Shown here piece after piece: positions 12,078 through 23,302 of a stretch of DNA of 64,000 bases. Every line of letters begins with the position of its first letter. The first letter of the stretch is position 1. Both the position numbers and the translations under genes were made by a program. The notes beneath the pieces were generated by a model. That model had not been told where the DNA came from and ran no database searches. It was given only the letters and a program-made list of their open reading frames with translations. Location of the stretch: NCBI RefSeq assembly GCF_006345805.1, contig NC_043014.1, positions 27,032,001 to 27,096,000 on the forward strand. The letters are read 5' to 3'. Origin of the DNA: Octopus sinensis (lineage: Eukaryota).

Positions 12078-12522
12078 ACAGTTACATTGTTTAAGTCCCC
12101 CAGTGTGCCTTAATACTCCTTGCCGCTCTCCTGCTTGAGAACTACTGTTTTCTAGTTTAGTTAATAAAGAAAGAGAAATTTGGAGTGGAGAGTAATTCAT
12201 CCAAATATGAAATTGACTGACTGAAAGTAGGTATTTGGTAATTACATTAAAAATTACTTGGCAATATTTGAGTTTTGCTCAAATATAGCTAAAAACTAAA
12301 CTACAGAGGTATTTCACATGCACAAATGAATGAAAAATTGAACTGTCAATTACTAATATTTTTAAAATGTTATTTATCAAACAAAAAATATCAGGTTTTT
12401 TTTTTTGTTTTTTTACAAAGTATTCATGATTTCTGATTTTGGCAGATGGCCAGCAACTTTGAGAAGATTTAATCAATACCATTAGCCTCAGTCCTTGACT
12501 GGTATTTTAATTTATCACCTCA

Positions 12523-12934
12523 GGTATTGCTGTGTGGTAAGAAGCTTGCTTCCCAAACACATGGTTCTGGGTTCAGTCCCACTGCATGGCAACTTGGGCA
12601 AGTGTCTTCTACTATTGCCTTGGGCTGACCAAAACCTTGTGAGTGGATTTGGTACACAGAAACTGAAAGAAGCCCATTTTATGTATGTGTATATATGTGT
12701 GTGTGCGTGTGAGTGTGTGTGTCTGTCTGTGCTTGTGTTTTTTTCCCACCACTGCTTAATAACCAGTGTTGGTGTGTTTATGTTCCCTCCTGTAAATCAA
12801 CACTTCAGCAAATGAGACTGATAGAATAAGTACTAGGCGAAAAAGAAAGTCCTAGGGTGAATTTGTTCAATTAAAAGCCCTTCAAGGTGTTTCCCCAGCA
12901 TTGCTGCAGTCAAATGACTGAAACAAGTAAAAGA
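12523..12934 (+). mobile_element. tRNA-derived SINE family A
   Basis: A/B box-like head (GCTGTGTGGTAAG ... GGTTCAGTCCC), CTTGGGCAAGTG body motif, internal microsatellite, tail CAGTCAAATGACTGAAACAAGTAAAAGA. Confidence 0.85.
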
Positions 12935-13409
12935 CAAATGATAAAATCCTGCGGAAGGATGAAAAACAAAGTTGAAAAGAGCAGGATTTGAACACAAACA
13001 ACCAGAAGAAATATCGTGAAGCATTTTCCAGATGTCCTAACAATTGTCTTAGCTTGCAAATTTACAAGCTCTTAAATATTGAGATTTTTTGTGAAATTCG
13101 CCTAACAGAAATTTCCATAATCAACATTCTGGAAATAGAAATTACATACACTCACCATTCCACAACTACACAACCACCTCCATATTACCCACTCTTCACC
13201 ACAACTACACCCACCACTACTATCATCACAACACTAGTACCACACAGTCACCATTATTATTGCTATATCATTACTACCACTACAACTATACCAACACATA
13301 TTACTGTGCTAGTAAGGCAATGAATACAGAACACTGGATAAAATGTCTTGGCTTCTGTTGCTCTGAGTTCAAATCCCATTGAGGTCAGTTTGGCCCTTCA
13401 TCCCATCAT

Positions 13410-13580
13410 AATTCCTTCAAATTTTGGCACAATGCCAGCAGTTTTGGAGTAGGGGGTAAGTCAATTGCATCAACCCTGTATTCAACTGGTATTTATTTTA
13501 TCAACCCCCACAAGAATGAAAATGCAAAGTCAACCTTGGCAGAGTTTGAACTCAGAACATAAAGACAGACAAAAGGCACA
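13410..13580 (-). mobile_element. SINE family B
   Basis: TTTTGGCACAATGCCAGC ... GAATGAAAATGCAAAGTCAACC ... TTTGAACTCAGAAC. Confidence 0.75.
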
Positions 13581-13731
13581 GAAGTGGCTGTGTGGTAAGT
13601 AGCTTGCTTACCAACCACATGGTTCCGGGTTCATTCCCACAGCATGGCACCTTGGGCAAGTGTCTTCTACTACAGCTTCGGGCCGACTAAAACCTTGTGA
13701 GTGGATTTGATAGCCGGAAACTGGAGGAAGC

Positions 13732-13818
<87 letters not shown>

Positions 13819-14020
13819 CTGTGTTTGTCCCCACCAACATTGAGTGACAAGCAACAGTGGTGTGTTTACATACCCATAACTTAGCAGTTTGGCAAAAGTC
13901 TCTGATAGAATAAGTACTAGGCTTACAAAGAATAAGTCCTGGGGTTGATTTGCTCAACTAAAGGTGGTGCTCCAGCATGGCCACAGTCAAATAACTGAAA
14001 CAAGTAAAAGAGTAAAAGAG
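13581..14020 (+). mobile_element. SINE family A
   Basis: Head GTGGCTGTGTGGTAAG...GGTTCATTCCC, internal (TA)n, same tail as the 12523 copy. Confidence 0.9.
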
Positions 14021-14084
14021 AGAGAGTAAGCATTTTGCCCAGCATGCTAACAATTCTGCCAGCTCACCACTTTAATGAATAATA

Positions 14085-14300
14085 TCAGTTTCAAATTTTG
14101 GCACATAGCCAGCAATTTTGGGGTAGTGGGTAAGTCAGTTGCATCAACCCCAGTATTCAACTGGTACTTATTCTATTGACTCTGAAAGGATGAAAGGTAA
14201 AGTTGACCTTGACAGAATTTGAACTCAGAACGTAAAGATGGACAAAATGCCACTAAACATTTTGCCTGGTATGCTAACAATTCTGCCAGCTCTCTGCCTT
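14085..14300 (-). mobile_element. SINE family B
   Basis: Near full-length reverse copy of the 41230 element. Confidence 0.85.
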
Positions 14301-14679
14301 CCTTCATCCTGTCATAACAAATAAGTCCTAGGGTTGTATTTTTCTTCTCCTCACTTTATTCTTCTTTCTCACTTTCTTCTTCTTCTCTCTCTCTCTCTCT
14401 CTTTATTGAGGGAGAGAGAAATGCCCATGGAATACTCTGCCACTTAGACATCAATTTCACAAGTAGAAATTCAGTTGGTCAAACACTGAATGATCATCAC
14501 CGATACAGACAGAGAATCTACCACCACCGCCAACATCACTCTTGTAAAAATAAAAAATAAAAATAATAAAAATTGATCCAGTTGTCTTATTGCCAGACTC
14601 AATTACGTGCATCATTTATCAGTATGGTGTTTTGTATTTAACAATGATACTGGCTTGCAACTGGTGGTGGTTATGGTGG

Positions 14680-14960
14680 TAGTAGCAGCAACAATGATGG
14701 TGATGGTGACAGTGGAGATGGTGGTGCTGTAGTAATGACGGTGGCAATGCTGCTACAATGGTGGTGGTGGTGGTGGTGTTGGCGGCGGCAGTGGTGGCAG
14801 AAGCAGTGATGGTGACAGTGATGATGAGGGTAATGCTGCTATATGGTAGTGGTGGTGGTGGCGGTTGTGGTGTGTGTGGGGGGGGTGAAGATGGTGGCGG
14901 TTGTGGTGTGTGTGGGGGGTGAAGATGGTGGCCATGGTATTGTTGCTGTGGAGGTGGTGG
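14680..14960. repeat. (GGT)/(GAT)-rich low-complexity tract
   Basis: Direct reading; source of Pro/His-rich pseudo-ORFs. Confidence 0.85.
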
Positions 14961-15284
14961 CATAATGCTACTGCAATGCAACTGTGGGTTTGATTTGTGG
15001 ATCTTCTAATGAAGCTTCACAAATAAGCAGAAATGTATTCAGTTCTCTATAATTGTCAGAGTTGTGTGTGTGTGTGTATGAATGCATGTGTGTATTAGTG
15101 TGTTTGTGTGTATTTCTCTCTGTACATGCATTTATGTCTCTGTATGAGCATTTATGTGTGTGCTTTTGTTATTCTCTTTTGTGTGTCTGTGTATGTTTAA
15201 TGTGCATGTGTATGTTAGTGCAAGTGCTTGTGTTTTCTCTTTGTGTGTATGTGTTTTCCTGCATGTGTGGTTATGAGTGTGTTT

Positions 15285-15330
<46 letters not shown>

Positions 15331-15908
15331 TTCTGCGTGTGTGTGTGTGTGTGTGTGTGAGTGTACATAATATAATCTTTGAAGTGCACTAGTAGTTACA
15401 TTGCTGGACTAATATTCTCTAAATCTGCATAAGATGCAGCAATTAGAGCATCAAAGTGCAGCTACCACCTCCACCACAATCACCACAGCCATCAGTTGCA
15501 ACACCAAGAACTTCATCAACAACACTCCTGCCAGAAACAATCTGTAAATCTGCATAATATGCAGCAATGAAACCATCCAACTGCATTGCTATAACCACCC
15601 AGCACTATCATCACTGCTACCTTCACCACCATCGTGTCTACTGTGACAACCATTACCAACACTATCAATTAATACTGCAACCTCCCCCACCATCACTATT
15701 ACCCCCTCCCCAACACCCCTAATACCATCTCTGCTACTGAAACTACCAGAAGATGGTTCTAAACTAATTAGGTTTACAGACTACAGCTGACTTGCAGCCT
15801 GCCCTTCCATTTGCAATGGATGGGTGAATGAGAACAGTAGCAGGGTTCCAATCCAGACAATACTTAAAACTTTACCTATATACATACATACAAATTTATA
15901 TACATGTG

Positions 15909-15944
<36 letters not shown>

Positions 15945-16448
15945 TGCGTGAGCATACACATGCACACACACACACATACATACAGGTATGGTGATGTAAA
16001 CAGGGAAAATACAACTCAAAATAGGAGAATATGTATATTTTTATTAATGTTTAGCAGAAGCCAAAAAGCCAATGCACGAAACCCTTGGGCCTCAAGTCAT
16101 TCCACTTGCTTCTGCTAAATATTAATAAAAATGTGTATGATTGCGTTTGTGTATATGCGTGCATGTGCGTGTGTGTGTGTATATGTGTGTGTACAGGGTG
16201 GGTCAAAGGTCATGCACCAAAACATTTGACATTTTATTTTGCGTTATTATTAGTATTATTGAAATGTGTTTTATATAGCAAATTAGTTCTAAACTTACCA
16301 AATGACTTTTGGATCACCCTCTGTGTATGATGGGTGTGTGTGTATACATACATATATATATGCTAGCATTACGACCTGTCGTTGCCAGGTCATAGTGCTA
16401 GTGCATGTATATATGTCTATATATATGTGTACATATTACATGTACATC

Positions 16449-18408
16449 ATCATCATCATCATCATCGTCGTTTACCGTCCGTTTTCCATGCTAGCATGGG
16501 TTGGACGGTTCTACTAGGGTCTGTGAAGCCAGAAGGCTTCATCAGGCCCAGTCAAATCTGGCAGTGTTTCTACGGCTGGATGCCCTTCCTAACGCCAACC
16601 ACTCCGTGAGTGTAGTGGGTGCTTTTTACGTGCCACCCACACAGGTGCCAGACAGAGCTGGCAAACGGCCACGAACGGATGGTGCTTTTTATGTGCCACC
16701 GGCACAAGGGCCAGGCGAGGCTGGCAACGGACACGAAACGGGGCGGTGCTGGCAGCGGTCGCGAAACGGAAGGTTCTCTTACATGCCACCAGCACTGGTA
16801 ACACATCTGCAATTTCCATTGATCGATTTCCATTCTGATCCTCACTTGCCTCAACGGGTCTTCACAAGTAGAGTTTCGACATGCCACCGGCACTGGTAAC
16901 ACATCTGCAATTTCCATTGATCGATTTCCATTTCTGATTCTCACTTGCCTCAACGGGTCTTCACAAGTAGAGTATCAACATGCCACCGGCACTGGTAACA
17001 CATCTGCAATTTCCATTGATCGATTTCGATTCTGATCCTCACTTGCCTCAACAGGTCTTCACAAGTAGAGTTTTGTGTCCCAAGAAGGGATGGTATGCAT
17101 ACGTAGGCTGGCTCCATCCCAAGTAGAAGGCCACGGGTTATGGACTCACTTGTCCTGCCGGGTCTTCTTGCGCACAGCACACTTCCAGAGGACTCGGTCT
17201 CTAGTCATTTCCTCAGTGAGACCTAAAGTTCGAAGGTCGTGCTTCACCACCTCGTCCCAGGTTTTCCTGGGTCTGCCTCTTCCACAGGTTCCCTCAACCG
17301 CTAGGGTGTGGCACTTTTTCACACAACTATCTTCATCCATTCTTGCCACATGACCATACCAGCGCAATCGTCCTCTTGCACACCACAACTGATGCTTCTT
17401 AGGTCCAGCTTTTCTCTCAAGGTACTTACACTCTGTCGATTATGAACACTGACATACACATCCATCGGAGCATACTGGCTTCATTTCTTGCGAGCTTACG
17501 CATATCCTCAGCAGTCACGGCCCATGTTTCACTGCCATGTAGCATGGCTGTTCGTACACACGCATCATACAGTCTGCCTTTCACTCTGTGCGAGAGGCCT
17601 TTGTCACCAGCAGAGGTAAGAGCTCTCTGAACTTTGCCCAAGCTATTCTTACTCTAGCAGTTACACTTTCAGCACACCCGCCCCCGCTGCTGACTTGGTC
17701 ACCTAGGTAACGGAAACTATCAACTATTTCTATTTTTCTCCCTGGAAAGTGACGGAAGTGGTCTCAGAGCATTTTCAGTGTTTATTGTTCCTGAGCATCT
17801 GCCACATACAAAACCATCTTCCTAGTTAGCCTTCCTTGGACATTGCTGCACCTCTTATGTGTCCATAGCTTACACTTGGTGCATCTTATAGAGTTTCTAC
17901 CTACACCTTTTCTACAGATCGAGCAGGGCCATCTACCTGAAGGCGTTTGTGATTTGTCTACCTCCTACTGATTACGACTTTGGTTTTAGCTAGATTGACA
18001 CTGAGGCCCTTCGATTCTAATCCTTGTTTCCACACACTGAAACTTCTCCTCCAGTTCTGATAGCGACTCAGCAATTAAAGCAAGGTCATCAGCATAGAGG
18101 AGCTCCAAGGGCATCCTGTCTTGAATTCCTCCGTTATTGCCTGGAGGACTATGATAAATAGGAGGGGGCTGAGTACTGAGCCTTGGTGAACCCCTACCTC
18201 TACCCGGAATTCTTCACTGTACTCGTTTCCAACCCTCACCCTACTAGCAGCGTCCCTATACATGGCCCGCACAGCTCTCACTAACCATTCATCTATCCCT
18301 AGTTTCCTCATTGCCCACCAGATAAGGGATCGGTGGACCCTGTCGAAGGCTTTCTCCATGTCAACAAAAGCCAGGTACAGGGGCTTATCTTTGGCTAGGT
18401 ATTTCTCC
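16449..18408 (-). mobile_element. 5'-truncated RTE LINE (young) with three 98-99-bp tandem repeats in the 3' UTR
   Basis: EKAFDRV...HQGSVLSPLLF...YADD (RT); LRWYGHVARM...GRGRPRKTW (C-terminus); (GAT)n tail; repeat units start at 16782, 16880, 16979. Confidence 0.95.
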
Positions 18409-18489
18409 TATATATATATATTTACACATAAAATACAAAATACAAAGTTATATCTTGATATCGCTAGTGATAACAATACTCAAAAATAT

Positions 18490-18999
18490 ATAACAGACTG
18501 GAATTGTAGGCCCGTCTCTTGCAATTTCGATCAATTGTATCTTGTCCTCCCTCTTGTATAGAAGTGTGGCTACAATCCAGCCTACCTCTACTTCTGGGGG
18601 GACATTTTTAATAAAGGTAAAAATAAAATATTTCCACTTTGCAAGGTTCGAGTCGAGTACTCCCTTGCATGCTCCGTTGACTCGAACCTTGCTTCTATTG
18701 TGGTGAATTTACCGCCTCTGGTTAGATGTCTTTCATAGTCTCACCAAGACACTTTTCGATGGTGCTTTCCTCCAGGTGTTCAAATCTTTTTTTTTCTCTA
18801 CATTGTATACTTTATAGACAATAGTCTTTTCTTTAATCTTATTTTTCATTTCGTTTGGTGGTGTTATCCTAGATTCACCATCTTTGTCGGTGATCAATCC
18901 GAAATAGGTTTGTATTTCTTCCATTTTAATTTTAATGAGTTTGCGCCCGCCAATGACTGAAGAGAAATTCATTTTTGAACTTTCTTCTATCGAAGGCAT
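18490..18999 (-). pseudogene. Frameshifted LINE ORF1-like (RRM-type) fragment, copy 1
   Basis: MPSIEESSKMNF...KTIVYKVYN, then in another frame LTRGGKFTTIEARFES...LQSGNILF...NVPPEVEVGW; ORF1 identity is inferred. Confidence 0.45.
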
Positions 19000-19886
19000 T
19001 TTAACAAAAATGCTTCCATATAAACGGTGAAAATATTGTCAATTTCCCCAAACAGGAAAACAATTCAATTTTTTAAACAATAGCCAATGCTCCTTCTCCC
19101 AAAAGGGGGAGGGTTACGGTTTACAAGTATTTAACAAATGCAACACAACAACGTTTCCCTTACGAGGGACCAACAAATGTGGTAACAATAGTTAAACAGT
19201 AATAATAACAACAAACCTTACGGTGAATCAAAAAGCAGTATGCAGTTGAAGCTATAGTCCTTTATGTATAAGAAATAGACCAACAGCAGTGCTCAGTAGA
19301 AGCGGCTGTTCGAGAAAACAGACATTACATACAGCCAAAATTTATATAGATACTTAAGGCTAGCTAATTAGCAGATAATCTAATGTAAAAGCCGTGGTAA
19401 AGGGTATGTGCACAGCTCCATCTGGACTATTCCATTCTGCACACTAATTTTATTTTTAATTTATTCTCATTCATGTGAAACCACTTATTCAGCTTCGAGT
19501 CATTGATGCAATTTTATATCAATTGCTATTTTTACTTTTGTTATGTTACGATTATATTATACTTTAGTTTGATTTTAATTATTACTTACTACATATAATT
19601 CAATAGTTATTATTATCTCTAATATTTATTGTTAAAGTGAAAGTATCTGACATAAAATAGAGAACTGTTTTTGTTTCACTTTTAACACATAATACTGAAA
19701 TAGTGGAGAGAAGATATGATATTGCTATGGGCTCGCCCCAGGCAAGAAGTCAAACATTTTTTTGCCCATGAATCTACATGGACCCTAAGTAAGGCATGTG
19801 TAAAATTTGAATGAAATTGGTTGTGTAGTCCTCAAGTTTAGGGAAACACACAGACAGATACACAGACAGACAGACACACATTCTCA

Positions 19887-19960
<74 letters not shown>

Positions 19961-19968
<8 letters not shown>

Positions 19969-20507
19969 AGAAAAGACTATTGTCTATAAAGTATACAATG
20001 TAAGAAAAAAAAAGATTTGAACACCTGGAGGAAAGCACCACCGAAAAGTGTCTTGGTGAGACTATGAAAGACATCTAACCAGAGGTGGTAAATTCGCCAC
20101 AATAGAAGCAAGGTTCGAGTCAACGGAGCATGCAAGGGAGTACTCGACTCAAACCTTGCAAAGTGGAAATATTTTATTTATGCATTTATATCTGGGACGT
20201 AGGATGTCCTGGATAAAAATTAACAATGTCCCCCCAGAAGTAGAGGTAGGCTGGATTGTAGCCACACTTCTGTACAAGAGGGAGGACAAGATACAATTGA
20301 TCGAAATTGCTAGAGACGGGCCTACAATTCCAGTCTGTTATATATTTTGAGTATTGTTATCACTAGCATTATCAAGATATAACTTTGTATTTTGTATTTT
20401 ATGTGTAGATGTATATATATAGATGTACATGTAATATGTACACATATATATAGACATATATACATGCACTAGCACTATGACCTGGCAACGACGGGTCATA
20501 ATTCTAG
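19961..20507 (+). mobile_element. Second, internally deleted copy of the same Helitron-like element, inverted
   Basis: Reverse complement of 18409-18837 plus 16361-16448; ends ATGACCTGGCAACGACGGGTCATAATT-CTAG-T (CTAG 20504-20507). Confidence 0.7.
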
Positions 20508-20590
20508 TACATATATATACACACACACACATATATATATATAAAATATAGATATATATATATATATATACACACACATATGTATATATA

Positions 20591-20984
20591 CTCTTTACTT
20601 TTTTACTTGTTTCAGTCATTTGACTGTGGCCATGCTGGAGCATCGCCTTTAGTCGAGCAAATCGACCCCGGGACTTATTCTTTGTAAGCCCAGTACTTAT
20701 TCTATCGGTCTCTTTTGCCGAACCACTAAGTCACAGGGACGTAAGCATACCAGCATCGGTTGTCAAACAATGCTAGGGGGACAAACACAGACACACACAC
20801 ATATATATATATACATATATACGATAGGCTTCTTTCGGTTTCCGTCTACCAAATCCACTCACAAGGCATTGGTCGGCCCGGGGCTATAGCAGAAGACACT
20901 TGCCCAAGATGCCACGCAGTGGGACTGAACCCGGAACCATGTGGTTGGTTAGCAAGCTACTTACCACACAGCCACTCCTGCGCC
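20591..20984 (-). mobile_element. SINE family A (young, CpGs intact)
   Basis: Full reverse copy with tRNA-like head near 20984. Confidence 0.9.
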
Positions 20985-21046
20985 TATAGATATATATATA
21001 CATATATACATATAAACATATATATATACATATATATATACACATA

Positions 21047-21145
21047 TAAAGTTAATCCAAACAAAAAAAACAAAAAAACACAACAGCGCGAGGACGTGGA
21101 ACAAATATAGTATTATTGGATGCATATACATATATATATACACAA

Positions 21146-21180
<35 letters not shown>

Positions 21181-21579
21181 CATATATATACATATATATA
21201 TATACATATATATACATATACATATAAATATATATATATTCATATATATATATATATACAATTAATTTTATTGTATCGCATTTATCTTTGTTTATATATA
21301 TATATATATATATTATATACATATATATATACACATATAAAGTTAATCCAAACAAAAAAAACAAAAAAACACAACAGCGCGAGGACGTGGAACAAATATA
21401 GTATTATTGGATGCATATACATATATATATACACAAATATATACATACATATATACATACATATATATACATATATATACATTATATATATACATATATA
21501 TATACATATACATATAAATATATATATTCATATATATATATATATATACAATTAATTTTATTGTATCGCATTTATCTTT

Positions 21580-21583
<4 letters not shown>
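21047..21583. repeat. 291-bp-period tandem duplication containing a Penelope-type terminal fragment and TA-rich spacers
   Basis: TAAAGTTAATCCAAAC...CAGCGCGAGGACGTGGAACAAATATAG at 21047 and 21338. Confidence 0.85.
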
Positions 21584-21617
<34 letters not shown>

Positions 21618-21639
21618 ATATATATATATACATATATAT

Positions 21640-22258
21640 ATAGTTATCGCCATACTAATATGGCATTCTTATAAAAATAAGAAAAAAGCTGTCCGCTTAT
21701 TAGCTCCATGAGGCCATCGCCTTAAGTTAGCTATTTGATACACAAACTGTATCCATATAACCTTCGAACAAGGGAGGTCAGTCGCTCCACACTACTTGAC
21801 CGGCAGCTACAGACGCGTTTCGGGGTATTGCCCCTTTTCAATGCAGCGTAGCCAGCCAGTAGGTGTCGCTTCCGACAATCTCTGTTCGATGGTTTTATTT
21901 ACCTAGTTTCGGTGGAATACATCCACTTGTTTTCAATAATAGAAATATTAAAATACCTAAGTCTCTCTAAAAGAGAACAGCGGCAGCGTTCCCGGAAAAT
22001 AATAGTTATCGCCATACTAATATGGCATTCTTATAAAAATAAGAAAAAAGCTGTCCGCTTATTAGCTCCATGAGGCCATCGCCTTAAGTTAGCTATTTGA
22101 TACACAAACTGTATCCATATAACCTTCGAACAAATAATAAGCGGACAGCTTTTTTCTTATTTTTATAAGAATGCCATATTAGTATGGCGATAACTATTAT
22201 TTTCCGGGAACGCTGCCGCTGTTCTCTTTTAGAGAGACTTAGTTATTTTAATATTTCT

Positions 22259-22260
<2 letters not shown>
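21640..22260 (-). mobile_element. Non-coding Penelope-type pseudo-LTR / retrozyme-like element
   Basis: 132-bp direct repeats (21640-21771, 22002-22133; period 362), terminal 126-bp inverted copy (22135-22260 = rc of 21939-22064, 1 mismatch), hammerhead inside, (TA)n flanks. Confidence 0.85.
21806..21847 (-). ncRNA. Minimal type I hammerhead ribozyme, U3-A8 core variant
   Basis: GCTGCA TTGAAAA GGGG-CAATA-CCCC GAAA CGCG TC|TGTAGC: stem I GCUGCA/UGUAGC, 4-bp stem II, palindromic ACGCGU stem III, GUC site. Confidence 0.75.
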
Positions 22261-22293
<33 letters not shown>

Positions 22294-22329
22294 ATATGTA
22301 TATTTATATGTATATATATATATATGCAT

Positions 22330-22430
22330 ATATGTTTTATTTATATTCCTGAGCGCCATACTAATACAATTGTTTGTTTGTATTCCACCTGCCTTCGTCT
22401 TTTGTTTATTTTCATAAAGCTTCCCGTTAT
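22330..22430 (+). mobile_element. Penelope pseudo-LTR 3' fragment (same family as 38000-38075)
   Basis: ATTCCTGAGC...ATACTAATAC...TTCGTC...TTTTCATAAA shared with 38000-38075. Confidence 0.65.
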
Positions 22431-22695
22431 ATGTATATATATATATATGTATATATATATATGTATATATATGTATGTATATGTATATGTATATATATGT
22501 ATGTATATATTTATGTACATATATATGTATATGTGTATATATATGTATATATATGTATATATATGTATATATATATGTATATATATGTATATATGTATCT
22601 ATATATGTATACATATGTATATATGTATATATGTATCTATATATGTATATATATGTATATATATATATGTATATATATGTATATATATGTATATA

Positions 22696-22727
<32 letters not shown>

Positions 22728-23243
22728 CTAGCAGTATCGCCCAGCGTTGCTCGGGTTTGTAAGGGAAATAACTATATAAGCATTTTTGGAGAGTTACTTT
22801 CCTTATAGATGCCAATTCGGGCTTTCTTAGCCATTTCTGTTTTGGTGTCTTCAAGCCATGAAGTCGTTGTTCTAAAAGAACGCTGGTCTCCTTGACAACG
22901 CATTACGACGTTGATTTCCTTAAACTCCCTTCCCCACAGCTTCACGACGGAGGGAAGAAGGGGGAGAAGCAAACACAGGTGCAGGTGTTTGGGCGTGGAC
23001 GCCACCTCCGCCGCCATCGACACAGGAAAATTTATGCATTAAAATGGAATAAAAAATTATGTTAAATTATTTTTTAAATCGTAGACTCATCGTAGACGCG
23101 CGCTAATAGCCAGACGGGCTTGATATTAATCACGACTATAAGATACCCGAATTTGGTTAAACTGCACCGCAAAATGTGGGAGTAGTTAGGAATCTAAATC
23201 GTAGGAGACAGACACCCACACAACTACAGTTTTATATATATAG

Positions 23244-23244
<1 letters not shown>
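22728..23244 (-). mobile_element. Non-autonomous Helitron, copy 1
   Basis: On - strand starts A|TCTATATATATAAAAC and ends CCCGAGCAACGCTGGG hairpin ... CTAG|T; inserted in (TA)n. Confidence 0.85.

Positions 23245-23302
<58 letters not shown>

Larger units (their letters stand above)
16363..19900 (-). mobile_element. Putative non-autonomous Helitron carrying a LINE 5'/ORF1-like fragment, interrupted by an RTE
   Basis: 3'-type end: hairpin ATGACCTG-GCAAC-GACAGGTCGT followed by CTAG (16363-16366); 5'-type end TATATAAAACTGAGAATGTGTGTCTGTCTG near 19890 in a TA tract. That the two ends belong to one element is inferred. Confidence 0.55.

Noticed and set aside
12523-14020. tRNA-like A/B boxes
   Set aside because: They are SINE heads; no cloverleaf 3' half.
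14619-14981. Pro/His-rich ORFs, and similar poly-His, poly-Ser and poly-Met ORFs at 24350, 52084 and 54963
   Set aside because: Trinucleotide low-complexity tracts without splice or homology support.
15421-15600. Two diverged AAATCTGCATAA.ATGCAGCAAT units 125 bp apart
   Set aside because: Old local duplication in ACC-rich sequence; no further structure seen.
15782-15825. Possible exon TTADLQPALPFAMDG
   Set aside because: Competing upstream AG and only moderate donor; peptide not recognised.
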